Shown piece by piece: positions 7,333 to 15,098 of a DNA stretch of 34,151 nt (positions within the stretch are counted from its first letter, which is position 1; every line of letters begins with the position of its first letter). The DNA is from Minisyncoccota bacterium. GTDB lineage: Bacteria; Patescibacteriota; Minisyncoccia; Minisyncoccales; Minisyncoccaceae. The stretch spans positions 1-34,151 of the forward strand of contig JAQUOQ010000001.1 in assembly GCA_028717005.1 (NCBI GenBank), given 5' to 3'. A program made the translations under genes and the position numbers. The notes beneath the pieces were generated by a model, which saw nothing but the letters and a program-made list of their open reading frames with translations, was not told where the DNA came from and made no database searches.

Positions 7333-8671
7333 ACAAAATAACGTATTTTTTAAATTGTTCGCCCCGATCTTTATAATCCTTAAACAAGCCGAAACTCGGC
7401 GAAGCCGGGGATAAAAGGCAGATTCTACCCGGAGTTGTTTTCGCGAAAGCTGTTTTAACCGCTGATTCCATATCTTTCACGGAATATTTATTTAAGCGGC
7501 TTTTTTCTTTTTTATTTATTCCCTGCCAGATTTTATTTCCGGAAGCGGGAAATAATATCAGATTTTTAATGTTTTTATTCCTGGAAATTTCTTTTGAAAT
7601 TTTTTTAAAATCAATTCCCCTGTCCAAACCGCCGAGAATCATTGTCTCCACGCTTTCGCCGAGAGAATTCATGGCAAAAATGGCAGCCTCGGGTATAGTG
7701 GCTATGGAATCGTCATAGAACTTTATTTTTTTAAACTCTCCGACAAGCTCCAAACGGTGCGGCAGCTTTTTAAACGATTTAATCCCCCTGATAATCCGCT
7801 GTTCTGTTAATTTAAAAATTTTTCCGGCTTCTATTGCGGCTGTTAAATTATCCTCGTGCGTTATCTGCGCCAATTCCGGATTCTGCCCGAATAATTTTGA
7901 ATATTTTTTCGGCTCAATCGAAATCTTTTTTGATTTTGCTTTCCGCGCTAAATTTTTAATTTCTCTAAACTTCGGATTGAAAATAAAATAATCGCTTTTA
8001 CTCTGATACAAGGCAATATTTTCCTTCGCCTTAAAATATTCATTGAAATTCTTATAATAATCCAGATGTTCCGGATAAATATTCAAAAACACGGCTATAT
8101 GCGGGCTTGTCCTTAAAAACTGCAGCTGGTGCGAAGATAATTCATATACGATAACATCGGTTTTTTTTATTTTCAGGAGATGCGATAAGGACGGGTTCTC
8201 TATATTGCCAAGCAAATACGCGGAAAAGCCGTTCTTTTTAAGGATGGCGTAAATCAGGCTGGCGGTGGTGCTTTTGCCTTTGGTGCCGGTAATGCCGATT
8301 ATTTTTGCCGGACAATTATCAAAAAACAGCTCGGTCTGGCTTGTTAAAATTACTCCTTTCTTGAGATATTTTTTAATTTTTCCAAATTGTATACCGGGCG
8401 ATTTTACGACAATATCAAAATTTTTAAGAGATTTAAGATAGTTTTTCCCTCCATAATATTTAATGTAACTATCTTTGCCGAGCGATTTTTCGGTATTAAT
8501 ATCCAATTCGGAAACATCTTTCTCGTCGGCAATCGCAATAACTTTTTTAGGGAATAGTTTCCTCAAAAAATAAAAAGAATCCAGCCCTTCCCGGCCAATT
8601 CCAAGAATAACCAAATTCTTTTTTTCCAGCTCTTTTATCTTCATTAGGTATAATTTATCATATTTAAACAA
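7310..8671 (-). CDS. murD: UDP-N-acetylmuramoyl-L-alanine--glutamate ligase
   Basis: 453 aa with the Mur ligase P-loop GITGTKGKSTT and an N-terminal Rossmann-like segment LVILGIGREG, in dcw context. The true start may be the internal MKIKEL. Whether it adds D-Glu or L-Glu cannot be read from the sequence. Confidence 0.88.
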   Translation of the reverse strand: MFKYDKLYLMKIKELEKKNLVILGIGREGLDSFYFLRKLFPKKVIAIADEKDVSELDINTEKSLGKDSYIKYYGGKNYLKSLKNFDIVVKSPGIQFGKIKKYLKKGVILTSQTELFFDNCPAKIIGITGTKGKSTTASLIYAILKKNGFSAYLLGNIENPSLSHLLKIKKTDVIVYELSSHQLQFLRTSPHIAVFLNIYPEHLDYYKNFNEYFKAKENIALYQSKSDYFIFNPKFREIKNLARKAKSKKISIEPKKYSKLFGQNPELAQITHEDNLTAAIEAGKIFKLTEQRIIRGIKSFKKLPHRLELVGEFKKIKFYDDSIATIPEAAIFAMNSLGESVETMILGGLDRGIDFKKISKEISRNKNIKNLILFPASGNKIWQGINKKEKSRLNKYSVKDMESAVKTAFAKTTPGRICLLSPASPSFGLFKDYKDRGEQFKKYVILYGKQGKK

Positions 8672-8695
8672 TAAAAAAAAGACCTTTATTTATTT

Positions 8696-9397
8696 TTAAG
8701 AACTCGCGGTCTCTGTTTTTACGAGTTCTTTTTTAACTATTTTTACGATTTCCGGAATGGCGCTTGTAGCAGCTTTCTCGGGATTTCGAGGAATGAGATG
8801 ATGGTCGCAATCAACAACCCTGGCCGTACCGAATGGATCGGCCGATTCCCGCGAAACAGTGCTGTCCCGGGAGCCTACGATATAGTAGGCGTTTTTAGCC
8901 GGCAGTTCATTCAACACCTTCAGGAATTTACTTCCCTTAAGAAGTTGAAAGAAAACTGGCACATTGCATAACGGCCGGGTAGCAAGCAGCTCGACGACGG
9001 GCAACGCCACTATTCCAAATGGGCCGCCGAGAGTCCGGTAATCAATGCCATGGTTCGGTGCTGCGACAAGAATCAAATCCTTGTCGCTAATCTCGGAAAT
9101 CGTCCGGTGTAAATACCTGGCGATAACCCCACCGAGACTGTGTCCAACAAGAATGATCCGCGCGTTTGGATATTCGCGCCGGACATTATCATAAGCTTGG
9201 CGAATGACAATGGCGTATTCGTGGACTTTTTTGTGCGATCGGAATTTCGTAAACTTTCCGGTCGCGTCCAGGTATTCGGGTATTAAAACCTTAACGCCTG
9301 GTATGTTCTCAAGTTCTTTCCTCGCAAGGCTGAAATTTCTTGCCGCCTTGCTTTCCGACCATCCTTGGATGGCGATAACCACTATCTTTGGGTCCAA
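8696..9397 (-). CDS. Alpha/beta hydrolase (lipase/esterase-like) with an intact Ser-Asp-His triad
   Basis: 233 aa with the nucleophile elbow VGHSLGG, a candidate acid residue in GSRDSTV and a candidate His in DCDHHLIP. It has a TTG start preceded by GGAG at 9-nt spacing, and its own consensus promoter. Confidence 0.75.
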   Translation of the reverse strand: MDPKIVVIAIQGWSESKAARNFSLARKELENIPGVKVLIPEYLDATGKFTKFRSHKKVHEYAIVIRQAYDNVRREYPNARIILVGHSLGGVIARYLHRTISEISDKDLILVAAPNHGIDYRTLGGPFGIVALPVVELLATRPLCNVPVFFQLLKGSKFLKVLNELPAKNAYYIVGSRDSTVSRESADPFGTARVVDCDHHLIPRNPEKAATSAIPEIVKIVKKELVKTETASS

Positions 9398-9443
9398 TCA
9401 GTTCAACTCCTATAAGCCTTATGTAATTGTAAATGATAAGTTT

Positions 9444-9472
9444 ATTATAAACTATAATATATTATCTGTCAA
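9444..9472 (-). promoter_or_regulatory. Perfect sigma-70 consensus promoter (TTGACA-N17-TATAAT) for the hydrolase gene
   Basis: The minus strand reads TTGACA (9472-9467), then gataatatattatagtt (17 nt), then TATAAT (9449-9444). It lies about 45 nt upstream of the TTG start at 9397. Confidence 0.6.
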
Positions 9473-9505
9473 TATACCTTCTCCCCTACCCAAAGCTGTT
9501 ATTTA

Positions 9506-9532
9506 ATGTTTGGGGACTTTGTCCCCAAACAT
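9506..9532. repeat. REP-like hairpin, family ATGTTTGG...CCAAACAT (copy 1)
   Basis: ATGTTTGGGGAC ttt GTCCCCAAACAT forms a perfect 12-bp stem. It is intergenic, downstream of the 9599 ORF. Confidence 0.85.
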
Positions 9533-9598
9533 CTTAATTTCTCATTATTTCAATAATTTTTTCGCTTAAATAAAAAGAAGGAGAACCAATTGATCCTC

Positions 9599-9898
9599 CT
9601 ATAGTCTTCTAGGCGGTATGTCGCCTGTAATGGCTGCTATCTCGGCCTGACTGATGCCGTTCTCTGTCATTGCCTTGACGTAGCATTCTACTGTTTTCGA
9701 ATGATATTCCGGCATGGCGCCTACGAATGCGGCGAGGAAATCGCGGCCTTCTTGCGGCTTGTTCTGCTCTATTAATTGAGCAAAACAATTGCCGAGCATT
9801 TCGCTGAAGACTTTTTCCAGGCCTTGGCGTTCGTGGTCGTAGGTCAGCTGCTTGACTCTCGCCCGAATACTGCTTTGCACATCCTTCACGAATTTCAT
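9599..9898 (-). CDS. Orphan hypothetical protein. It is 99 aa from the ATG at 9898, but is probably about 174 aa from a non-canonical start near 10123.
   Basis: The frame stays open from 9599 up to 10156 with no in-frame ATG, GTG or TTG upstream of 9898. AGGAGG (10136-10131) lies 7 nt before an in-frame ATA (10123-10121), and a consensus promoter sits at 10169-10197. The C-terminus GISQAEIAAITG looks HTH-like. Confidence 0.6.
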   Translation of the reverse strand: MKFVKDVQSSIRARVKQLTYDHERQGLEKVFSEMLGNCFAQLIEQNKPQEGRDFLAAFVGAMPEYHSKTVECYVKAMTENGISQAEIAAITGDIPPRRL

Positions 9899-10168
9899 CG
9901 ACTGGCTGAAATCAGCATCACGCTTCTGGTAAAAATCGTCCAGGACGAGATGAACCAGATAAAGCGAAGCCTCTTCGATGAAAAAGCCTCGCAGGCCGAT
10001 TCTTTGGCACGGTTTGTACCGCTTGTCGTCGATGTGTTCAAGTGCCAGACCAATACCATCTACGCATCTTTGGCAGCGAATGCTTGCGCGGATGATTTCT
10101 TTTGCACGTTCTGTTCGTGGTATAACAATTCCTCCTGCGGTTTTAAATTTGAAAGATTACTGGTTATA

Positions 10169-10197
10169 ATTATAAAATTATATACAATAAATGTCAA
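10169..10197 (-). promoter_or_regulatory. Perfect sigma-70 consensus promoter (TTGACA-N17-TATAAT) for the orphan ORF
   Basis: The minus strand reads TTGACA (10197-10192), then tttattgtatataattt (17 nt), then TATAAT (10174-10169). AGGAGG follows about 33 nt downstream. Confidence 0.6.
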
Positions 10198-10250
10198 TAA
10201 TCTTATCCACCGACAATTAACTGCACTAACTGCCGCGCACCAGTAAAAAA

Positions 10251-10292
10251 ATGTTGGGGGGTCCGCCAGCTGGCGGATAGAAACTCAAACAT
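10251..10292. repeat. Degenerate or composite member of the ATGTTTGG hairpin family, containing the inner palindrome TCCGCCAG/CTGGCGGA
   Basis: The sequence is ATGTTGGGGGG TCCGCCAGCTGGCGGA tagaaactc AAACAT. The left arm resembles the other copies, the right arm is only AAACAT, and the same AAACATTGC tail is seen at copy 26459. On the minus strand the GC palindrome is followed by a T run. Confidence 0.55.
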
Positions 10293-10324
10293 TGCTTTTT
10301 AATCTATCGACCTTGCTTGCTCTA

Positions 10325-10361
10325 CGAAGTCTTGGCGAAGTTGGCACGAAATGGGCGAAGT
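10325..10361. promoter_or_regulatory. Four phased direct repeats of CGAAGT (one is CGAAAT) at 11, 11 and 9-nt spacing
   Basis: CGAAGT occurs at 10325, 10336 and 10356, and CGAAAT at 10347. Each is followed by a G-rich triplet (unit about GCGAAGTtGG). The site is intergenic, between the PP-loop gene stop and the orphan-gene promoter. Confidence 0.35.
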
Positions 10362-10406
10362 GGGATTGGTTCTTTATTCCTAATTCTTTATTCTTTATTC
10401 TCTATT

Positions 10407-11798
10407 TTATATGTCTTTCCGGAAATCGAACTTTTTCGGCAGATTATTTTTATTATCCCAATTGCCTAATATTTTTTCTGATTCTTTTTCCCAATTCCTT
10501 TCTTTTGGCATTATTTTTTCCTCAAAATATTTAAGCAGTTCCGGCTGCCCTAATCCTTTTAGCGCGTTTTTTTTCCAGCCAAGATACAGGGCGATTAAAG
10601 ATTCCTTTTTGGTGCCAACGCACTCCAAAGGCTTAATGTTTTTCTCGCCGATCAGTTCCAGCAAAAGCGGCAGCAAATTTTTATTAGCATACAAATCCGT
10701 GGCAAATATTTTTTTTAATTCACCGGCTTTCAGAAAAGGATACATCGCCATATAAACAAAAAGGCACTTGGCGCAGCTCTCGCACCATTTGCCTGTTTTT
10801 TTTGCCGTTCCGGAATAAGTTTTTTCCGCTTCGTTGCAGCTCAAAAAAATGGGAAAATAAATTGGACATTTCGAAAAAATCCTAGCAATTTGTAATTCAT
10901 ATAGCGGCCGCATCAGGCTAAAACAATCTATGCTTGAAGCGAGGTAACTATCAAGATATTCGCGGAACCGGTTTTCAAATTCAAAAGTTTTGCTGTATTG
11001 GTGGTTTATTTCCTCTTTCAGATAAATTACATTGCCCTCGTTGCTGCTTTTCTCGTTGGAAAAAACAACATATTTTTTGTTGAAAAGCGCGGCGACAAAA
11101 ACACTCAAGAACGACAGATATGCGACAAACGGCGTGTGGCCGTTCAAAAACCCTTGTCGGTTCAATTCCAGAAGCTTCGGGCTTATAACCCGCTCACAGA
11201 TAATTATCTCGCGGCAGCCGCTTACTTCCGCAATTTTTTTCGCCGATGGCGATGGATTTAATAAAAGGCAGGTGCTTTTTATCTTTTTTTCTTTAGTTAT
11301 CTGCAAAGACACGGCAGAATCTTTCCCGCCGCTAACCAAAACCAAAGCGGATTTTTTATCCAAAGCCACTCGCGCCGGCTTGAACTCGCTTTGTTTCTCG
11401 CTAGTGATGGAAATAAAATTCTTGGTCTTGAAATTAATTTTGTTTTCATAAAAATACTGGCCCATTCCGCTTATCAAGGTTTTTTCCCACCATTTTATCT
11501 GTGATTTATCCATTCCGCCGGCGAGAACAGTTATTTTCGGCGAACAAAAAGCCTTCCAATAACTCAGCATTTCCATCAACCCGAGATTAAAAACGAAATT
11601 TGAGATTACTTTTCCATCCAATTTTAACGCTGTTTTGGGCACGCTTTTAATAGTAACTGCCGGCGAAAAAGAATATCTGCCGCATTTAAAATAAAAATGA
11701 GCTTTTAAATCGCCCTTTTTAATTTCCCATTTATACGACTCGTAGATAAATTCCGGAAATTGCCGGCGCAATTGTTTTAATGTTTTTTTCGCGGCCAT
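10407..11798 (-). CDS. PP-loop (SGGxDS) ATP pyrophosphatase-family protein embedded in the dcw cluster; possible MurL-like enzyme
   Basis: 463 aa with the PP-loop LVLVSGGKDSAVS in the middle of the protein and the Cys motif CESCAKC. It starts 5 nt after the mraY stop. Confidence 0.7.
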   Translation of the reverse strand: MAAKKTLKQLRRQFPEFIYESYKWEIKKGDLKAHFYFKCGRYSFSPAVTIKSVPKTALKLDGKVISNFVFNLGLMEMLSYWKAFCSPKITVLAGGMDKSQIKWWEKTLISGMGQYFYENKINFKTKNFISITSEKQSEFKPARVALDKKSALVLVSGGKDSAVSLQITKEKKIKSTCLLLNPSPSAKKIAEVSGCREIIICERVISPKLLELNRQGFLNGHTPFVAYLSFLSVFVAALFNKKYVVFSNEKSSNEGNVIYLKEEINHQYSKTFEFENRFREYLDSYLASSIDCFSLMRPLYELQIARIFSKCPIYFPIFLSCNEAEKTYSGTAKKTGKWCESCAKCLFVYMAMYPFLKAGELKKIFATDLYANKNLLPLLLELIGEKNIKPLECVGTKKESLIALYLGWKKNALKGLGQPELLKYFEEKIMPKERNWEKESEKILGNWDNKNNLPKKFDFRKDI

Positions 11799-11803
11799 TG
11801 ATT

Positions 11804-12886
11804 TTAAGTTAAAAGTTTAATCGAAACGCCCAGAATGGCGAATATAATGCTTATAATCCAAAATCGCATTGTTATCTGCTGGGGCTGCCAGCCGATTGCC
11901 TCAAGATGATGGTGAATGGGTGTGGAAAGCCAGATTTTTTTGCCGGTGATTTTTTTCGATATAAGCTGAATAATTACCGAGCCGGTTTCAATCACCAAAA
12001 CTCCGGCAATAATCGGCAGAACAGCCACCGAATCGGTAAGAAAGGCAACCGCGGTCATGGTCATTGTCAGCCCGAGGATGCCGGTTTCGCCCATATAAAA
12101 TTTCGCGGGCGGAATATTAAACCACAGGAAGCTGAACAGCGCGCCCAATATTATAGCGCAAAAAGCAGCCATGTCCACGCTTCCCTGCGCAAAAGCGATA
12201 ATCGTGAAAGCGCCGAATATGGAACCGAACACTCCGCCGGCCAAACCATCCAACCCGTCCACAACCCCCGAAGACCAGGAAGCCAGGCTGACAACAACAT
12301 AAAGAAAAATATACCAAAGCCCTAAGGGCACGTCTATTCCTTCGGGAAAATTAAACAGCAGCGGAATTCTGATTGTGCTTAAACCCAACTTAAAATAAAG
12401 CCACAACCCCCCGATCAGCCCGATCAAAATAACCAGGATTAATCTGGTTCGGAATTTCAAACCTCCGCCAATATATTTACCCCTGCCGTAAACCACCAAA
12501 ATATCGTCAATTAATCCGATTATGGAGGCGGACACAAGCGCAAAAAGCGGTATCCATGTTTGTTCCCGCGAAAGAAAATTAAATTTTTTGAGCCACCAGA
12601 TATCGGTGAAATTGGAAAGAAGCAAACAAATGCCCAATAAAATAATAACTGTTGCCCAAATTACGATACCGCCCCCGCGGGGCACGGTCGTTTCTCTTTC
12701 CTTGTGCATGCTTAAAAATACCGAAGCTTCCCGCCCGTCAATTGTTTTCGCGCGGGCTTCTTTTTTCCAGAATTTTATGCGGTACAGAAATTTAATCAGG
12801 TATTTAGCGACAAAAAAGGAAATCAGCCAAGACAAAAAGGCTAAAATAAAAATTTTAATGATTCCGAAAGTTAAATTTGAAATCAT
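11804..12886 (-). CDS. mraY: Phospho-N-acetylmuramoyl-pentapeptide transferase
   Basis: 360 aa and polytopic, with the motifs GLIDDILVV and PIHHHLEAIGW (MraY HHH motif). Confidence 0.9.
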   Translation of the reverse strand: MISNLTFGIIKIFILAFLSWLISFFVAKYLIKFLYRIKFWKKEARAKTIDGREASVFLSMHKERETTVPRGGGIVIWATVIILLGICLLLSNFTDIWWLKKFNFLSREQTWIPLFALVSASIIGLIDDILVVYGRGKYIGGGLKFRTRLILVILIGLIGGLWLYFKLGLSTIRIPLLFNFPEGIDVPLGLWYIFLYVVVSLASWSSGVVDGLDGLAGGVFGSIFGAFTIIAFAQGSVDMAAFCAIILGALFSFLWFNIPPAKFYMGETGILGLTMTMTAVAFLTDSVAVLPIIAGVLVIETGSVIIQLISKKITGKKIWLSTPIHHHLEAIGWQPQQITMRFWIISIIFAILGVSIKLLT

Positions 12887-12895
12887 AGATAATAA

Positions 12896-13867
12896 TTACC
12901 AAACAAATGATTTTTCCACCCAGCTTTTTAATCTTGCGGCCTCTTCAAACCGGCCAGCCTTGCCTTCGGCTCCCATTATCACGGTAACCACATATTCCCT
13001 TTCCGCCAGGCCCGAAAACGGCGCTTTTGATATTAAGATAATACACCCGTTCGCCTCTTTTGTATATCCTGTTTTGCCCCAAATATAATCCCCGTCCTCT
13101 TCCAATAAAACATCCGTGCTTTTCATTTTGTGGTGGAATTTGCCCTGAACATATAAATCTTTTTCCTGTGTCGAGCAAATTTCGGCTATTAGCGGATAAT
13201 CTTTCATTATATATACGGCTATTTTTTTTAGGTCTTCGGGCGACGAAATATTTGTAAATCCGCTGCCAATATCAAGTCCGGTAGGATTGTAAAAACGCGT
13301 GTCGGTAAGCCCAAGGGCAACAGCCTTTTTATTCATTAAGTTGATAAATTTATCCCGGCCGGCTTTGCCCGCCAGCGCTTCAGCAGCGCTATTGCTTGAT
13401 TCTATAAGCATGCTGGAAAGCAAATCTTGAACAGTCCAATATTCGCCGGCGGAAAGATTGCCGGCAGTGCCGATTTCCGGATCTCTATCCAAATCTCCTG
13501 CGCTTATCACGATATTGTCGCTAAGTTCGTAATTTTCCATCGCTACAATAGCCGTCATCAATTTAGTAATCGAAGCTACCGGAGCAGAAAGGTTTTTTTG
13601 GTTTTGAAAAAGATACCTTTCCGTATTTTTGTCCAAATTTACGAAAACCGCGAGCGCTCGATCAGCACTGATCGCGGGAGGCAGGATATTTTTTTTCCCC
13701 AGCGGGCGAAACAGCCCGTTTTCCGAATATGCCAAAAACGAACCGGGATTTTTCCCGGCTTCAAATCCGCTTTTTCCCGCGAGGGCTGCCGGCGATAATA
13801 AAACTAAAACGGCCAGCACGGAAAAAAAAATCAAGTTGTTGTTCTTGCCCCTTTTTTTCTTTACCAT
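12896..13867 (-). CDS. Serine-type D-Ala-D-Ala carboxypeptidase (PBP5/S11-like)
   Basis: 323 aa with an N-terminal signal anchor and the motifs SxxK (SITK), SxN (SSN) and KTG (GKTGYT). Confidence 0.85.
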   Translation of the reverse strand: MVKKKRGKNNNLIFFSVLAVLVLLSPAALAGKSGFEAGKNPGSFLAYSENGLFRPLGKKNILPPAISADRALAVFVNLDKNTERYLFQNQKNLSAPVASITKLMTAIVAMENYELSDNIVISAGDLDRDPEIGTAGNLSAGEYWTVQDLLSSMLIESSNSAAEALAGKAGRDKFINLMNKKAVALGLTDTRFYNPTGLDIGSGFTNISSPEDLKKIAVYIMKDYPLIAEICSTQEKDLYVQGKFHHKMKSTDVLLEEDGDYIWGKTGYTKEANGCIILISKAPFSGLAEREYVVTVIMGAEGKAGRFEEAARLKSWVEKSFVW

Positions 13868-13876
13868 GGAAATAAA

Positions 13877-15052
13877 CTATTTTTCGCTTATCCGGGCTTC
13901 CATCTCTTTCAGCCTGTTTTTCAGCTCCACCATTTTATTTTCCCTATTTATAAAAATATTGCTGAAATCCTGCAGCTCCGTAATTTTTTCCTCTAATTCC
14001 TGCGTTCTTTTCTTCAATTCTTTAGTGCGGGCGCTTACCTGGATTTCCAGGCTGCTATTTGCCTGCTCAAGCTCCTTGGTCCGCTCTTTAACCATTGTTT
14101 CTAAAATCGCGTTTGATTTCTCTAATTCTTTTTTCGCCGCCATAAGCTGCGCGGTATTATCTTCAAGCTCCTTGGTCCGCTCTTTAACCATTTCCTCAAA
14201 TTCCGCTTTTTGGTTTTTTATCCGGTTCATATAACGGAACAAAATAAAAGATATAAAAGTAATTACAACAAATATGGCAAGCCTTGCCATCTGAGTTAAT
14301 TCTATCTGCGGAAAAATAATCATGGCGGCAAAAAACGCCAAAACCGCGGTGATGAGAATATCTGTGGTAATAACTGACGCAAGCGGATTTTTTTCGATAA
14401 TAACGTATCCAAGAATTAAAGAATAAACCGGCAAGGTGAGGTAAAATATCGGGTAAATCTGGACCCCCATTCTCGGAAGGAAAAAAATAAAAGCAATGCT
14501 AAAAACCGCGAATAAAAGAAAAAACGATAATACCAGATTTTGCTTTTCTTTTTCCTGAGATTTTTTATTAAGCCAAGCATAGAAAAAATTGTATAAAGTC
14601 ATCGCGAGGAGAATAGCGGAAAAAATAATAAAAGCGTAATAAATATAACCCGGCTGGCTTGTCCCCAATTTCGAAAAAAACAACTCAGTAATCATTGTTT
14701 GCGGATCGCTTATTCCGATAAAACCGATCGAAACTAAATACGCAAGCAGTAAAAATAGCTTTTGTTTTGCGGCAGCGCAAAATTCCACGGAAAAGTGATA
14801 CAACAAAACCGGAATCATAAAGAATGCGGCGGCAAAAACCTTGCTTATCAAATCTATTTTGGGCTCTAGTCCCACGGAATAAGATTCCCACAATATAAAA
14901 GTGCCAACTGTCCAAAACAGCTGAATCAAGCCTACTGCCATAAATATCGTAGTCGCCTGGCTTTTTTTCTTAACAAAAAGAAACAAGCTGATAAAAGCAA
15001 TAAAAATACTGCTGGGCAACAAAAAATAAATTGTTAACGGGGCTGAGATCAT
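13877..15052 (-). CDS. Kinase-less 7TM sensor paralogue with a C-terminal coiled coil of three ERTKEL/ARTKEL heptad modules
   Basis: 391 aa. The TM region aligns by eye with the N-terminal region of the histidine kinase at 15478-17085. There is no H box or HATPase motif. A 30-nt perfect intragenic repeat (14067-14096 and 14163-14192) encodes MVKERTKELE twice. Confidence 0.7.
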   Translation of the reverse strand: MISAPLTIYFLLPSSIFIAFISLFLFVKKKSQATTIFMAVGLIQLFWTVGTFILWESYSVGLEPKIDLISKVFAAAFFMIPVLLYHFSVEFCAAAKQKLFLLLAYLVSIGFIGISDPQTMITELFFSKLGTSQPGYIYYAFIIFSAILLAMTLYNFFYAWLNKKSQEKEKQNLVLSFFLLFAVFSIAFIFFLPRMGVQIYPIFYLTLPVYSLILGYVIIEKNPLASVITTDILITAVLAFFAAMIIFPQIELTQMARLAIFVVITFISFILFRYMNRIKNQKAEFEEMVKERTKELEDNTAQLMAAKKELEKSNAILETMVKERTKELEQANSSLEIQVSARTKELKKRTQELEEKITELQDFSNIFINRENKMVELKNRLKEMEARISEK

Positions 15053-15098
15053 TTTTCTATTATTTTATAGCAATAATCCGATTAAAGCAACCAAAAAG

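Noticed and set aside
10060-10128. A short TTG-initiated 22-codon leader ORF right after AGGAGG, as an alternative explanation for the strong SD.
   Set aside because: The TTG starts only 2 nt after the AGGAGG, which is too close for normal initiation, and the peptide has no recognisable features. I keep it only as a minor alternative to the ATA-start model.
9776-10246. A 156-aa plus-strand ORF (and 9978-10169) in the dcw insert.
   Set aside because: It is antisense to the minus-strand frame, and the minus strand is the one served by a consensus promoter and AGGAGG. It has no SD of its own, and its 3' part reads through the AT-rich promoter region. It is a typical shadow ORF of a GC-richer gene.
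8696-10292. A GC-rich genomic island signature for the dcw insert.
   Set aside because: My hand counts give about 50 percent G+C for 9601-9720. Lines in murG, ftsW and mraY give 48-57 percent, so the insert is not a clear compositional outlier. The insert argument rests on gene content, promoters and flanking hairpins instead.
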